Shown piece after piece: positions 38,326 to 48,553 of a stretch of DNA of 64,000 nucleotides. Origin of the DNA: Escherichia coli (GTDB taxonomy: Bacteria; Pseudomonadota; Gammaproteobacteria; Enterobacterales; Enterobacteriaceae); assembly GCF_030384885.1 (NCBI RefSeq), contig NZ_CP128615.1; one strand, written 5' to 3'. Below the pieces are notes generated by a model. It was not told the origin of the DNA. It was given only the letters and a program-made list of their open reading frames with translations, and did no database searches. The position numbers and the translations under genes were made by a program. Position 1 is the first letter of the stretch. Each line of letters begins with the position of its first letter.

Positions 38326-40401
38326 TCAATTAACCCCAAGCGCCTTAAACACGGCATCGACGGGGTCTGCATAAAAGCTGATCTGGAATTTTGAGAACAA
38401 CTCAGCAGGAACCGTTGGAATATCTGAGGCTGAGGCCATTGGGAGCAAAATACGCTTTGCGCCACTGTCCATAGCTAACTGAAGACTGCCTGCAAGATCT
38501 TGAACAGGATTGACGACACCACCTAAAGTCATCTCACCCAAAACAACCATCTGCTCTTGAATCGGTCGGTTCATCAGAATTGAACAGAACGCAATTAATG
38601 CAGCGAGCGATGACTTTGTACTTGGCCCCGTATTGTGGAGCTCAACAACATGGAGGTGATACTCATGATCAGAAAACTTCGCCGACGCACTGATTCTATT
38701 CAGGTTACCTTTGAAATAATCAAAGCCAACACGCACAGCTTCTTTCGCTGCGGTATTCGAACCAAGGCCAGACACTGAGTGTTTACCAGAACCAGCCATC
38801 ATCTGGGTTTCATAGCGATATAACCCAAGCTGCCCAGTGCTTCCCTGAGTAACCAAGTGCACGACACCAGCGCGAGGTAAGCCCTCAGGAATTAGCTTGC
38901 TGCCACCTTGTTCCGGTACATTGATGAAGAATTCTTCTAATGAATCGTTATCGATGTAGCTAAAGTGCACATCAAAAAATTCCATTCCGCCAAGCTTTTT
39001 CAATTGCTCTTTGACTCTACGTCTAGTTTCCAGCGCATAGGTCAGGCAGGCTCTTACATCATCTTTTGTGTACTGTGCGTCGGGGTGTAGTAGCTTTAAC
39101 AAGCCCGAAACAGTTCTGCGTACAGCAATTACATCACGCTGATTAAGGTTATTACCGAGTTTGAAGAACTTATCGATAGCATCCGCAAAACTTCTTTTGC
39201 GCATTTCACGCATGTATTCAGCAAGATAGTCTGTGATTAATCCGTAACTATTGGTGAAAAACTCAGGACGCATCTTCGGTATTTCCCATCCAGGAATATA
39301 GGAATGGAAACGGTCAAAAAAAGCAGTGTCAATCATGGCTTCAGGAAAAGGTGCCAACAGATGACTGGTCTTCACCAGTGTCTCAACGCTTTGATTGATG
39401 TTACCGACGAATACCATGGAAGCCTTCGCTTCGATTGAATCACGACCACGGGCAAAAGACCCTGACGCCATATAATCTTTCATTATTTGGACGCCGTCTT
39501 TGTCTTTAAAGTTAATACCCGCTACTTCATCAAAGGCGACAACATCCCACATTCCGACCAACCCAACTTGGCGCGAGCTCATGTTATAGAACAAGTTCGC
39601 CACAGTTGTTTGTCCGCCCGAGACAAGCAATGAGTTTGGTGAGCACTCCTTGTAGACATGGCTTTTACCTGTCCCTCTTGGTCCGAGCTCACAAACGTTG
39701 TAGTTGTTTTCAACGAATGGGATCATACGAGTGATAAGATGCCATTTCACCCGATGCTCTAAGTTGGTTGGCTCCATACCCACGGAACGAAGCAACACAT
39801 CCATCCACTGATCGGTACTAAAATGTCTTCTGGTTGAAAACACCTCATCCATGTTCATGGACGGCATTTGTATCGGTTTTAAACTCATAATGGAGAAAGG
39901 TGATGTCTTCTGACCTTCCTCAAAGAAATACTGGACGGTAATAATGCACCAGATGCCGCCAGTTAATAATTTTTCGTTGTCTTGTACTATTTTGGTCGGT
40001 ACAAGGGCATCCTTGATACCCAGGTTCGACAACGCAGCTTCATAGACGTCTTTTTTCTGGTTGAGCTTAACGCTTACTTTGTCGATGATTTTAAACGTGC
40101 CGCGTTCACGGATCAGTGACTTCACTTTCTCCGCTTCATCTGGTCGGACATAGTTCTCAGCCAAGATTTTTTTTACATTATCAAGGCCTTGCATTACAAC
40201 TTCGTCGTCATCGGACGCACAATACATGCCTAGTAAATACTCAAGCACATAGACAGGGACGTTAGCGCCTTCTTTCAATTGCTTTGTCAGATCTTTTCGA
40301 ACGACACGGCCTTTAAAATATTGGTTGAGCAATGCGTCTAAATCGGCGCTTTGCATCTGATTTTTTTCGTCTTTATGATCTTGTGAAAAATCAGTTGTCA
40401 T
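38326..40401 (-). CDS. brxL: BrxL (BREX Lon-like protease/ATPase)
   Basis: 691-aa ORF, last gene of the BREX operon; P-loop GPRGTGKSH and C-terminal Lon-protease-like domain. Confidence 0.85.
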   Translation of the reverse strand: MTTDFSQDHKDEKNQMQSADLDALLNQYFKGRVVRKDLTKQLKEGANVPVYVLEYLLGMYCASDDDEVVMQGLDNVKKILAENYVRPDEAEKVKSLIRERGTFKIIDKVSVKLNQKKDVYEAALSNLGIKDALVPTKIVQDNEKLLTGGIWCIITVQYFFEEGQKTSPFSIMSLKPIQMPSMNMDEVFSTRRHFSTDQWMDVLLRSVGMEPTNLEHRVKWHLITRMIPFVENNYNVCELGPRGTGKSHVYKECSPNSLLVSGGQTTVANLFYNMSSRQVGLVGMWDVVAFDEVAGINFKDKDGVQIMKDYMASGSFARGRDSIEAKASMVFVGNINQSVETLVKTSHLLAPFPEAMIDTAFFDRFHSYIPGWEIPKMRPEFFTNSYGLITDYLAEYMREMRKRSFADAIDKFFKLGNNLNQRDVIAVRRTVSGLLKLLHPDAQYTKDDVRACLTYALETRRRVKEQLKKLGGMEFFDVHFSYIDNDSLEEFFINVPEQGGSKLIPEGLPRAGVVHLVTQGSTGQLGLYRYETQMMAGSGKHSVSGLGSNTAAKEAVRVGFDYFKGNLNRISASAKFSDHEYHLHVVELHNTGPSTKSSLAALIAFCSILMNRPIQEQMVVLGEMTLGGVVNPVQDLAGSLQLAMDSGAKRILLPMASASDIPTVPAELFSKFQISFYADPVDAVFKALGVN

Positions 40402-40417
40402 GTTTCACCTCAGCGCC

Positions 40418-43090
40418 TTAGAAAAAATCATCTTGGAATGCCAAATCAATGGTTACCGCGTATTGGCTATAACGGGTTCTCATTTCCGCATTCTCAAGAA
40501 CTAATGTGTATTGAGCGTTTCTATCGAACTGGGAGCCAATAAGCTTTAACCTAGCTTCGCGAGTACGTTCATCCATCACTTTACTCACGCTATCAAAGTT
40601 AATCGTTTCACGACTGGAGACTTCATTACCTTGTGCATCGACGATATAGACATCCAACAACCGTGCGACGAAACGCTCGCCTACAGGGTCTGTCTGAATA
40701 AATCTGACCTTGTCGATATTGTTTACTAATTTGATGGGCTGAGTGGCTGCTACAACACCTACCGGTTGTTTCTCATGTTTTGCTGCTTGTTCTTTTTGTA
40801 GCTCTCGCACATGTAGTACCGGTACGCAGACTTCCTGTAGCATCGCTCCGCCATGCACAAACTTAGCACCACCAACGAAGTGGAAGCGTTGAGCCGCTTT
40901 TGGAAGCAGGAACTCGGTATCACTTGAGCCATGAGCCGTATCGTTAATTGAGCCTTTCCAACAGGCTTCATCTGAAGGCAAGTTATTACCAACGATATAA
41001 CGTTTCTTGGCTTCTATCGCTCCAGCAGGTTTGGTTTTCAACGAGGTTTTGTCAGCCGCTACAAGTGCTTTTTGTTGGAAGAGGAAGCCATGGTCAGCAG
41101 TGATCACAACTCGGCTGCCGTTTAGACGGTTGATGACCCGCCCAACGAGGTCTTTTAGCTCTTCAATGGCACTACGACAGGCTTCAAACGTTTTCTCTTC
41201 AGTTGCTGCCTTATCACCAATCGCATCAATGGTATCGTGATAGATATAAACGACTTCTACGTCTCGAACCTTGTCACGCCCCTCCTGGTTACTCCAGCTC
41301 ATCAGTTCCTTAGAACTCACTGCCATACCACCTACTTTTTGTAGGATGGCGTTGCGGTTGTCTAGACCCTGTGAAGAAATACCATCCACATAAACAGCCG
41401 TGCCTTGCTCTGGCTGGTAACTGAGCGCCTTATGAGGCAATAATGCCGCCATCCCAAGTTGGGTATAACTCGGCAAAACGCCCAACTGCGTAGACACCTC
41501 AGCCTTAAATCGCTTCTCGTTGTTAATGATAGCGCCAAGCTCATTCGCAATTTCAAAACGCAGGGCATCAGAGATGATCACAAACACTCGTTTTGTCTGT
41601 TTCAGACTCAGTCGTGTGCGAACTTCTTTTTCATAGAAGTCATACTGGTGCGGTACGCCAGAAATCTGCCACTTTTCAAGTAATTTTTCATTGGCCAAGT
41701 GACGATCCCATGCAAGGCCAAGCTCATACAAGTACCAGTTGGTATAAATGCTTTCGACTTCGTCGTCGAGCTGACGCAGTATGTCTGCACCTTTACTCAA
41801 TACAGAGTGCACATGCTCATTGAACAAACGGTAAGCCTGGTCAAAACGATAAATGTCTGTGGTATAGGCGTCGTACATTGCTTTCGCGTTATCAAAGTGG
41901 AACCCATCCACATAGCGATTTCGCAAGTGCATTAACTCTTCAGCGTTGCGGATAGCTTCATAAATTGCGAAGTATTCTTTGCGTGACAATGTCCAGTGGC
42001 TAGAAAGACGTCTTGATAAGACCGTATCAAACTGAACCCGGTCTAGCGCTTTACTGCTATCGAGCAAATCACGAACTAAACCACGGATTATGGCCTGTTC
42101 CACAGCTTCGAACGTTTCGCATTCGATAAGCTCAACCGGATGGTACTGCCCAGCACGAGTCGAAATTTCCAACTGTTGGCTAAGCACCTTAGAGATGCTT
42201 TCGTAGTAAGCGGCGAAAGAGCGGCTGTCGCGCCAGCTCACCATAAACGCCAAGGCTGTCGCCCGGCCTGATGCGCTTTTTAGAACATTGTTAAGCAACC
42301 AATCGCGTTCAACACCTTCAATTTGGCTCCAGAATTCAGTACAGAATAATTTCAACACGAAGTCTGAGAAGGTTGGCTCTTCAACTGTATAGCCAAAACC
42401 CTCACTCAGATATGCCCAGAGTGAGGTCTCAAGATCAAACTTTCCTAGCTGGCTCCATAAAGGTTGACCAAGGCTTTCATCTTCGATATAAGCCGCATAT
42501 TCGCGTAGTAACCCAAGCAGAATGTCCGACAAAGACGCAGAATCAGCTTTTACAACCACTGCCATCATCTTTCTGTCTAACGACAGTTCGTCTTCGTTCT
42601 CAGTCACCCACTTTTTTAAACCGGCTATGCGCTGTTTATTGGCAAAAAAGCTCTGGCGCTTACGAATGTGCGTGCGAAGCGCCATTTTCGGAATACCCAG
42701 CTCATTAAGCAGCATTGAGCTGTGATCAGCAAAAAACTGCTCGCTATACAAACGCACGTCTAGCAACCAATCGCGGTCAGGCTCTGGCTCAGCGCTTGGA
42801 AAATAGATAAGGAATTTAGCTTCACGCTCATCTACTTCAATGCGTTTTTTCACTGCCAATACAGACTCATTGCCCATATTGAGGATGGTCAAATCATTTG
42901 GAAGCACCCGTGCAGTTTTATCCGCCGATTTATCGTCTGTTTCTTTTGCAAGCCCTTCTTTTGCAATAGAGAGGGCGTTAGCTAAATGCTCAAGCTCTTC
43001 AGTAAAGCTTTGCTCTGGGTCGTACCAAAACACAATGCGGCTTTGTTCAAATTTGGCAGCAACGCCTTGTGCCAGTTCACTAATCTGCAT
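40418..43090 (-). CDS. pglZ: PglZ (alkaline-phosphatase-superfamily BREX protein)
   Basis: 890-aa ORF with ITADHGF motif. Confidence 0.85.
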   Translation of the reverse strand: MQISELAQGVAAKFEQSRIVFWYDPEQSFTEELEHLANALSIAKEGLAKETDDKSADKTARVLPNDLTILNMGNESVLAVKKRIEVDEREAKFLIYFPSAEPEPDRDWLLDVRLYSEQFFADHSSMLLNELGIPKMALRTHIRKRQSFFANKQRIAGLKKWVTENEDELSLDRKMMAVVVKADSASLSDILLGLLREYAAYIEDESLGQPLWSQLGKFDLETSLWAYLSEGFGYTVEEPTFSDFVLKLFCTEFWSQIEGVERDWLLNNVLKSASGRATALAFMVSWRDSRSFAAYYESISKVLSQQLEISTRAGQYHPVELIECETFEAVEQAIIRGLVRDLLDSSKALDRVQFDTVLSRRLSSHWTLSRKEYFAIYEAIRNAEELMHLRNRYVDGFHFDNAKAMYDAYTTDIYRFDQAYRLFNEHVHSVLSKGADILRQLDDEVESIYTNWYLYELGLAWDRHLANEKLLEKWQISGVPHQYDFYEKEVRTRLSLKQTKRVFVIISDALRFEIANELGAIINNEKRFKAEVSTQLGVLPSYTQLGMAALLPHKALSYQPEQGTAVYVDGISSQGLDNRNAILQKVGGMAVSSKELMSWSNQEGRDKVRDVEVVYIYHDTIDAIGDKAATEEKTFEACRSAIEELKDLVGRVINRLNGSRVVITADHGFLFQQKALVAADKTSLKTKPAGAIEAKKRYIVGNNLPSDEACWKGSINDTAHGSSDTEFLLPKAAQRFHFVGGAKFVHGGAMLQEVCVPVLHVRELQKEQAAKHEKQPVGVVAATQPIKLVNNIDKVRFIQTDPVGERFVARLLDVYIVDAQGNEVSSRETINFDSVSKVMDERTREARLKLIGSQFDRNAQYTLVLENAEMRTRYSQYAVTIDLAFQDDFF

Positions 43091-46000
43091 TAGTTAACCT
43101 CCGGGGCCGAACCGGTAATGGCCTTAACATCAGCCAACAGATCACCAAACTTGCCGTAATTCACTTTCACGCCATCATCCAAATCCAGTGAAATACGCAT
43201 ATCAGCGTAGTGTTTTAGCTTGTCATCAAACTCGCGTAGTTCAACCTGTTTCTTGATTAAGGCATCCAACTCTTTCTTGAAGCGGTTCGCTTCACTGGTC
43301 GAGTCTGCCGTTTCAATCTGCTTCTCAAGCTGCTCTGCATAAGCATCGTATTTGCCGAGTAACGGGGTGACATACTCGGTACGCATACGCGAAAGCGTGC
43401 CCTCGTTGTAACGGTGCAGGTAAACCAGGCACTCAAAAGCCTTCTGTTTGCCTGAGCTAAACAACCAATAAATAGGACGTTTTTTGTATGTCTTCAGGTG
43501 GTCTTTGTAGAATTGAGTCGATAAATAGCGGCGGATCGTCTCAAGAGCTGATTCTGATTTTTTGGGCTTTATGGCATTTAAGCACAGAGACTCTGCAACA
43601 AAATCGAGATTTTCTTGTAAGTGTTCTTCACCCCAAACAACTTGGACAAACTCGCGGAAACGATTGGTTGCGTCGTCCTTGAACCATTCTTGGTCGGTTA
43701 GGGGAATGATGCCATTTTCGTCGGCAGCAAAAGATTGATAAGCACCTTCGGCAACGAGTTTATCAAACCCATAATTACAAGCATGAGCGTAGACTAAGCC
43801 TTCACGATCAAGAGAGTAACGCCCCATCATGCAACCAATGGAGTAACTAATGAGTTCACAGGTTGTATCAGATTTTAACTTACTTAAATCAGTAGAATTT
43901 TCATATCGAAAAGCAGGGTTAGCAAATAATGATAGTGTTGAAATATCTATTGAAACCGGCACCGAAATTCCAAAATCATTGCATATTAAAGAATTAACTT
44001 CACTTTCCAAATTGGCTTGTTCATTAACTAGATTTAACTTCACTTCATTTAGAACCTGATAAGATTCAGCAATTTTGGCACGTTTTATTTTACACAGAGG
44101 CGAACATTCAAAGTTCCATGACGTTTCGTACATATCCCAATCAACCTTTGCGTTGGAAATTAAATCGCTCACCTTTTCAAACAATGCTTCTTTGTCAGCC
44201 TTATTGAAAATTGCCGGCAATGAGGCTATTTGACTCGTTTCATAGTTAAGCGTTGGCGAAATGATTTTTAACTGTTCCAGCACTACAGATGAGTTTAACT
44301 GAGCCAATAAGGCATATTCTTCAATTCGAGAATTAAGAAATACTGATGCACCTGCAACGTCAAATATCGCTCCTTCAGGCTGCCATCTGAACGATGGAAT
44401 TCCACTCGAAATTTTTGACCAAGTTACTGAGCTACGAAAATAAAATGCACCATTTTTCACAGTTCTAGTAGGAGACCCATACAAACTTTTAGCGTATGCA
44501 AATACCTCTTCACCTGCATTTTCCCAATTAATTACGTATTCCTGATTGCCATACCATTTTCTATATGAACCGCCTTTATTATATGGAAACCATTTGAATC
44601 CTGAGGATTCAGCTTCATCTTTAGAACTAGAGTCATACATTGAGGTGTTTACTGGAACTTCATGCCATAGCCTTAAGAATCTATTATTATCACTTGTTTG
44701 ACACCCAACTCTAGTTTTAGCAACTGACGATATTGGCGCGTCCATAAATGTATTTAATATTTCCTTGGCAACCCAATAAGCAATCGGACTCCCAGGAATC
44801 TTTTTGAAATCATCCTGAGCTGTCGCTGCAAATTCATTCTCTCTATTGAGCAATGCTTTTTGCTTTTCTTCTTCATTGCCATCTATCAGCCTATAAAAGG
44901 TAGGTTGATAATGATTGATGTGCTTATTTTGAATAATCCAGGCAGTAGTCTGTACAACCTCGCCACTAATCTGACTAAAAGCGCGTGCACCGAGGTGAGC
45001 CATAGTAATAAATGTATGGTCTTCCAATAAATTGTTTCTTAGTTGCTCATAACTCGACAAGAACATCCACGATTGCATATTGATTTGAGCATTAAATCCA
45101 TATTGAGAAAGCAATTTAAATGCTCGCTCCATAAAAATGGCAAACAAGTCTGATTTACTATTTGGGTATTGTTTCTTAGCAAACTCTTTCAAATCTGCAT
45201 TCATTCCTTTTGCTCCCATATAGGGAGGATTAGCAATCACAGCATCGTAACGAATAGATAAAACCAAAGCCTGGTGAACAAACTCAATCAATTGCTTCGC
45301 TGCCAGCTTCTGCATTGAGTCGCCTGACTCTTGTAGCTCTACTAGCGTGCTCAGGAGCTCTTTTAGCTGTTCATGGTCATCGCTTGGTACATCAATCAAT
45401 GAACCAAAGGTCTTGGCTTGAGTAAATCTTGCCAACGTTCGCTTCAGCAGTTGGTAGCGGTTGTCTGCATTGAACGAGCTTAAATCTTGCTCTTCGTCAG
45501 AGAACAGTCCTTGTGATGTGCCGCTTTGCCAACTTCCCGATAGGTTGAGTGCTTTCCATAAGGTCGGCAGATCAATATGGTTACTTTCCTGCAATGACAG
45601 TACATTGAGTCGCACGTTACGGGTAAAAATACGCTTGTCGTCATCTCTCGCCATCATCATCAGGGCAAAGCCAGATAGCTGTGCTGCACGATCATCTATG
45701 TCCAAGCCGAAGAGGTTGTTCTCCAGGATCATCTTTGGAATGTCACGAGAGCGGAAACCACGTTCTTCGTAGATGGCTTTTAGTACGTTGTAAGCTTCAA
45801 TCAGTATGTGGCCCGAGCCACAAGCGGGATCGAGTACTTTGATGGTTTCAGGTTCAATCGATTCTGGCGTAATAGCCTTTAGCTGTTGGTTAACTTCGTC
45901 AGATTGCTGCGCAGGCTCAATGTAGTATTCCATCTGGCTTTTAATGGCAGAGTCTGGGTAGGTTTGCAGCCATTGACGACCGACTGAGTTTTGTACCAGG

Positions 46001-46758
46001 TACTTTACAATCCAGTTAGGTGTAAATAGCTGAGTAGCGGCAGGAATGTCTTCACTTTTGACTACTTTTCCGATGACCTGATCTTTCTTTTCAGAAATGT
46101 AGAATTGGTAAAGCCAACCAATCACTTCGACTTGTTGCCAGTCCTCTTCAGGGATGCCGTCTACCAATCCACGCAGAATGGAGTCGGTACGCATTAGGTT
46201 GTCTGGTAGCAGAAGCTCTGTTTCATCGTCCAATGCGTCAAATAAGAAAGGCATCGCTTCATGTAGCTTATGGCACTGGCCTAACAGCAGTTCACGATAC
46301 AGCTCTTCGTCTTTGTTGCCCGCAAGCTTGAGTTCAACAATGCGAGCTCTATCTAATCCGAGTTCATCCGCAGCGTCTTGGGCATGGTCGATAATTTCAA
46401 AGCCTTTAGGGTTGTCTGGGTGCGACAAAACACGAAAACCGTGGCCTAGATAGTCATGGATTTCCATATAGCGAATAGCACACAGACGGTTGAACCAGGT
46501 ATAAGCTACTTGTTCAATAAGTTGTGCATACCCAAGTTTCTGGCTTCTGGCTACTATGCGTTTTCTGGGCTCGGCCAGTTTACCGTCAAAACTGTTACCA
46601 GCGATTTGAAGCACAGAACCTTGTAGATTCGCTTCTGCAATTTGTAGCTCGCCCTTTTTATTCGCGGTGATACCAAAGGTATTTAATCGTTTAGCTACCG
46701 CATCCATAAATTCGCGGCGCGCTTTTGGTGCGTATTTTTTAATGTTGTTCGTATTCAT
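43090..46758 (-). CDS. pglX: PglX (BREX N6-adenine DNA methyltransferase)
   Basis: 1222-aa ORF with SAM motif LDPACGSGHIL and catalytic NPPY (VIANPPYMG). Confidence 0.85.
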   Translation of the reverse strand: MNTNNIKKYAPKARREFMDAVAKRLNTFGITANKKGELQIAEANLQGSVLQIAGNSFDGKLAEPRKRIVARSQKLGYAQLIEQVAYTWFNRLCAIRYMEIHDYLGHGFRVLSHPDNPKGFEIIDHAQDAADELGLDRARIVELKLAGNKDEELYRELLLGQCHKLHEAMPFLFDALDDETELLLPDNLMRTDSILRGLVDGIPEEDWQQVEVIGWLYQFYISEKKDQVIGKVVKSEDIPAATQLFTPNWIVKYLVQNSVGRQWLQTYPDSAIKSQMEYYIEPAQQSDEVNQQLKAITPESIEPETIKVLDPACGSGHILIEAYNVLKAIYEERGFRSRDIPKMILENNLFGLDIDDRAAQLSGFALMMMARDDDKRIFTRNVRLNVLSLQESNHIDLPTLWKALNLSGSWQSGTSQGLFSDEEQDLSSFNADNRYQLLKRTLARFTQAKTFGSLIDVPSDDHEQLKELLSTLVELQESGDSMQKLAAKQLIEFVHQALVLSIRYDAVIANPPYMGAKGMNADLKEFAKKQYPNSKSDLFAIFMERAFKLLSQYGFNAQINMQSWMFLSSYEQLRNNLLEDHTFITMAHLGARAFSQISGEVVQTTAWIIQNKHINHYQPTFYRLIDGNEEEKQKALLNRENEFAATAQDDFKKIPGSPIAYWVAKEILNTFMDAPISSVAKTRVGCQTSDNNRFLRLWHEVPVNTSMYDSSSKDEAESSGFKWFPYNKGGSYRKWYGNQEYVINWENAGEEVFAYAKSLYGSPTRTVKNGAFYFRSSVTWSKISSGIPSFRWQPEGAIFDVAGASVFLNSRIEEYALLAQLNSSVVLEQLKIISPTLNYETSQIASLPAIFNKADKEALFEKVSDLISNAKVDWDMYETSWNFECSPLCKIKRAKIAESYQVLNEVKLNLVNEQANLESEVNSLICNDFGISVPVSIDISTLSLFANPAFRYENSTDLSKLKSDTTCELISYSIGCMMGRYSLDREGLVYAHACNYGFDKLVAEGAYQSFAADENGIIPLTDQEWFKDDATNRFREFVQVVWGEEHLQENLDFVAESLCLNAIKPKKSESALETIRRYLSTQFYKDHLKTYKKRPIYWLFSSGKQKAFECLVYLHRYNEGTLSRMRTEYVTPLLGKYDAYAEQLEKQIETADSTSEANRFKKELDALIKKQVELREFDDKLKHYADMRISLDLDDGVKVNYGKFGDLLADVKAITGSAPEVN

Positions 46759-46773
46759 ATGATCTTGCGCCTC

Positions 46774-48537
46774 TTATTCTGTCTCTACGCTGTTTGCGGG
46801 TTGTAATGCGGTTCTAATGCGGGCAAGCAGTGTTTCCTGACGCTCGCGGTAAAAGTCCATAAACTGGTTTAGTTGTTCAGGTAATGATGTTATGGCTTGC
46901 GATTGCAGATGTGCTTGTCTTGCATTCACATCAGGCCACTGCTGCGCATACCATTCATGGGGCATTTTTTGCCGCTTCTGGTTGTTGATTGTCCCTTCCA
47001 ACAGTTGAAGGTTTGGCAGCTTGTTAGATGCCTCGATGAGTTCATCTAGCTGTTCAGCTGGGACACCAACTTTTGCAAGCTTGTTACGCGTAAACAAACC
47101 TTTGGGGTAAATGTGGTCCACATGAAAGTGTCGTGAAAAATCGAATCCTGGGAACAACAAAGTCAACAAGGCAAAGGTACGCGGATTACCATAATCCAAC
47201 TGCGCTAGTTCACTAATTTCCTCTGGGTCAAAGCGCAACGATTTACCACGCTGTTGCATGGTCGCTTCAATTTTCGCTAGCGGGAAACCCGTATCACCCG
47301 ATTGTTTAATGTCTGAGCGAAGCATAGTAAGCAGGGTATCCAAACCACTTCCCCAGATGCCTGACGCTTTCAACAACGACCTAATGAGCCAGTTTCTGAT
47401 GCATTCTCTATCGACCGCATATTCAACCCTAGAAAGGTAGCTTGCCGTTAACTTTCGGTGGTGCAGGTAATAGGCTAACGGGAGGATGGCACTTGTTGCT
47501 CTGAGGTTTTGTGCATTAAAACCAAAACTTGCCAGCAACTGCATTGAGAGCAATAACGCATCACGAATTGGCGTCCAGTTCTTTTCGAGAATCGCCATAT
47601 TTTCCTTGTTAAAGTTCTCAACCTTAAAGCCCACGCTACCGATGTCAGAGAGCATTAAGCCTGCTTTTAAAACGAGATCTTTTGATACGTTGAATCCATC
47701 ACCAACACGGTTCATCTCATCCACTAAGGCATGAATTTCTTCACGGGCATCTAACGAGCTCCACTGCGCTACGGCTATTGAAAGTAGTAAGTCTGAGTAG
47801 GACAAAGTAGTGCCGCCGCTATTCATGCGGATAAAGATATTCAGAACACGTTCAAGGCTCTGATCACTTTCTTCGTAAAACGAAATCTTATCTTTGTCAT
47901 GGATAGTTCGATACAAGTGACGAAGAGTTGAGCGAGCCTCTTTGCGTTGCTCCGAGCTCAACCTAGCATCATCAGCAACTTCATCGATAAGTGCATCTTC
48001 TTCCTCTTCCATGATCCGGCCTACACGGAACCAGTATTGTTCAGATGCATCCAAAGAGGCTTTATCGTCGGTTAGGAACTCAAAGTCATACATCGACCCA
48101 GTTTCTAAGTCGGGCTGGCTTAACAGATTTAAGTGAAGCCTGCGCACTGGGAAGGCGTCATCATTGCTCCACCATTTACCTGTCAGCTTCCACGCAAATG
48201 AGCCGCGTAGGCCGATGTTCAAAGCGGTAATCCGCTGCTGTCCATCTAGGACGGCAATGAACTCACGCTCTGGTAACTGAGTGACATTTTCACAATGGTA
48301 GTTATCTCGCTCATGGTAATGCTGCATGAACTGATAAAACTGATAGCTATGCCGGTTCTCTGGTTTTATCTTCCAGAATAGAAAGGTCCCAAACGGGTAA
48401 CCTTGCAACAGGCTATCAAATAGACGACAGATCTGTTCTGGTCGCCATACAAACTCTCGCTGGATGGCCGGTAACAGGTATTCCTGCTCAGCAACCTTGT
48501 CGAGTAATGATCTTATTGTTCCACCCGCTTGATACAT
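46774..48537 (-). CDS. GmrSD-like DUF262/DUF1524 protein (BrxU-like type IV restriction enzyme candidate) embedded in BREX
   Basis: N-terminal DUF262 DGQQR motif (IAVLDGQQRITALN); C-terminal His-Me-finger-like HVDHIYPKG. Confidence 0.7.
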   Translation of the reverse strand: MYQAGGTIRSLLDKVAEQEYLLPAIQREFVWRPEQICRLFDSLLQGYPFGTFLFWKIKPENRHSYQFYQFMQHYHERDNYHCENVTQLPEREFIAVLDGQQRITALNIGLRGSFAWKLTGKWWSNDDAFPVRRLHLNLLSQPDLETGSMYDFEFLTDDKASLDASEQYWFRVGRIMEEEEDALIDEVADDARLSSEQRKEARSTLRHLYRTIHDKDKISFYEESDQSLERVLNIFIRMNSGGTTLSYSDLLLSIAVAQWSSLDAREEIHALVDEMNRVGDGFNVSKDLVLKAGLMLSDIGSVGFKVENFNKENMAILEKNWTPIRDALLLSMQLLASFGFNAQNLRATSAILPLAYYLHHRKLTASYLSRVEYAVDRECIRNWLIRSLLKASGIWGSGLDTLLTMLRSDIKQSGDTGFPLAKIEATMQQRGKSLRFDPEEISELAQLDYGNPRTFALLTLLFPGFDFSRHFHVDHIYPKGLFTRNKLAKVGVPAEQLDELIEASNKLPNLQLLEGTINNQKRQKMPHEWYAQQWPDVNARQAHLQSQAITSLPEQLNQFMDFYRERQETLLARIRTALQPANSVETE

Positions 48538-48553
48538 AGTTATCCGTTGCCTC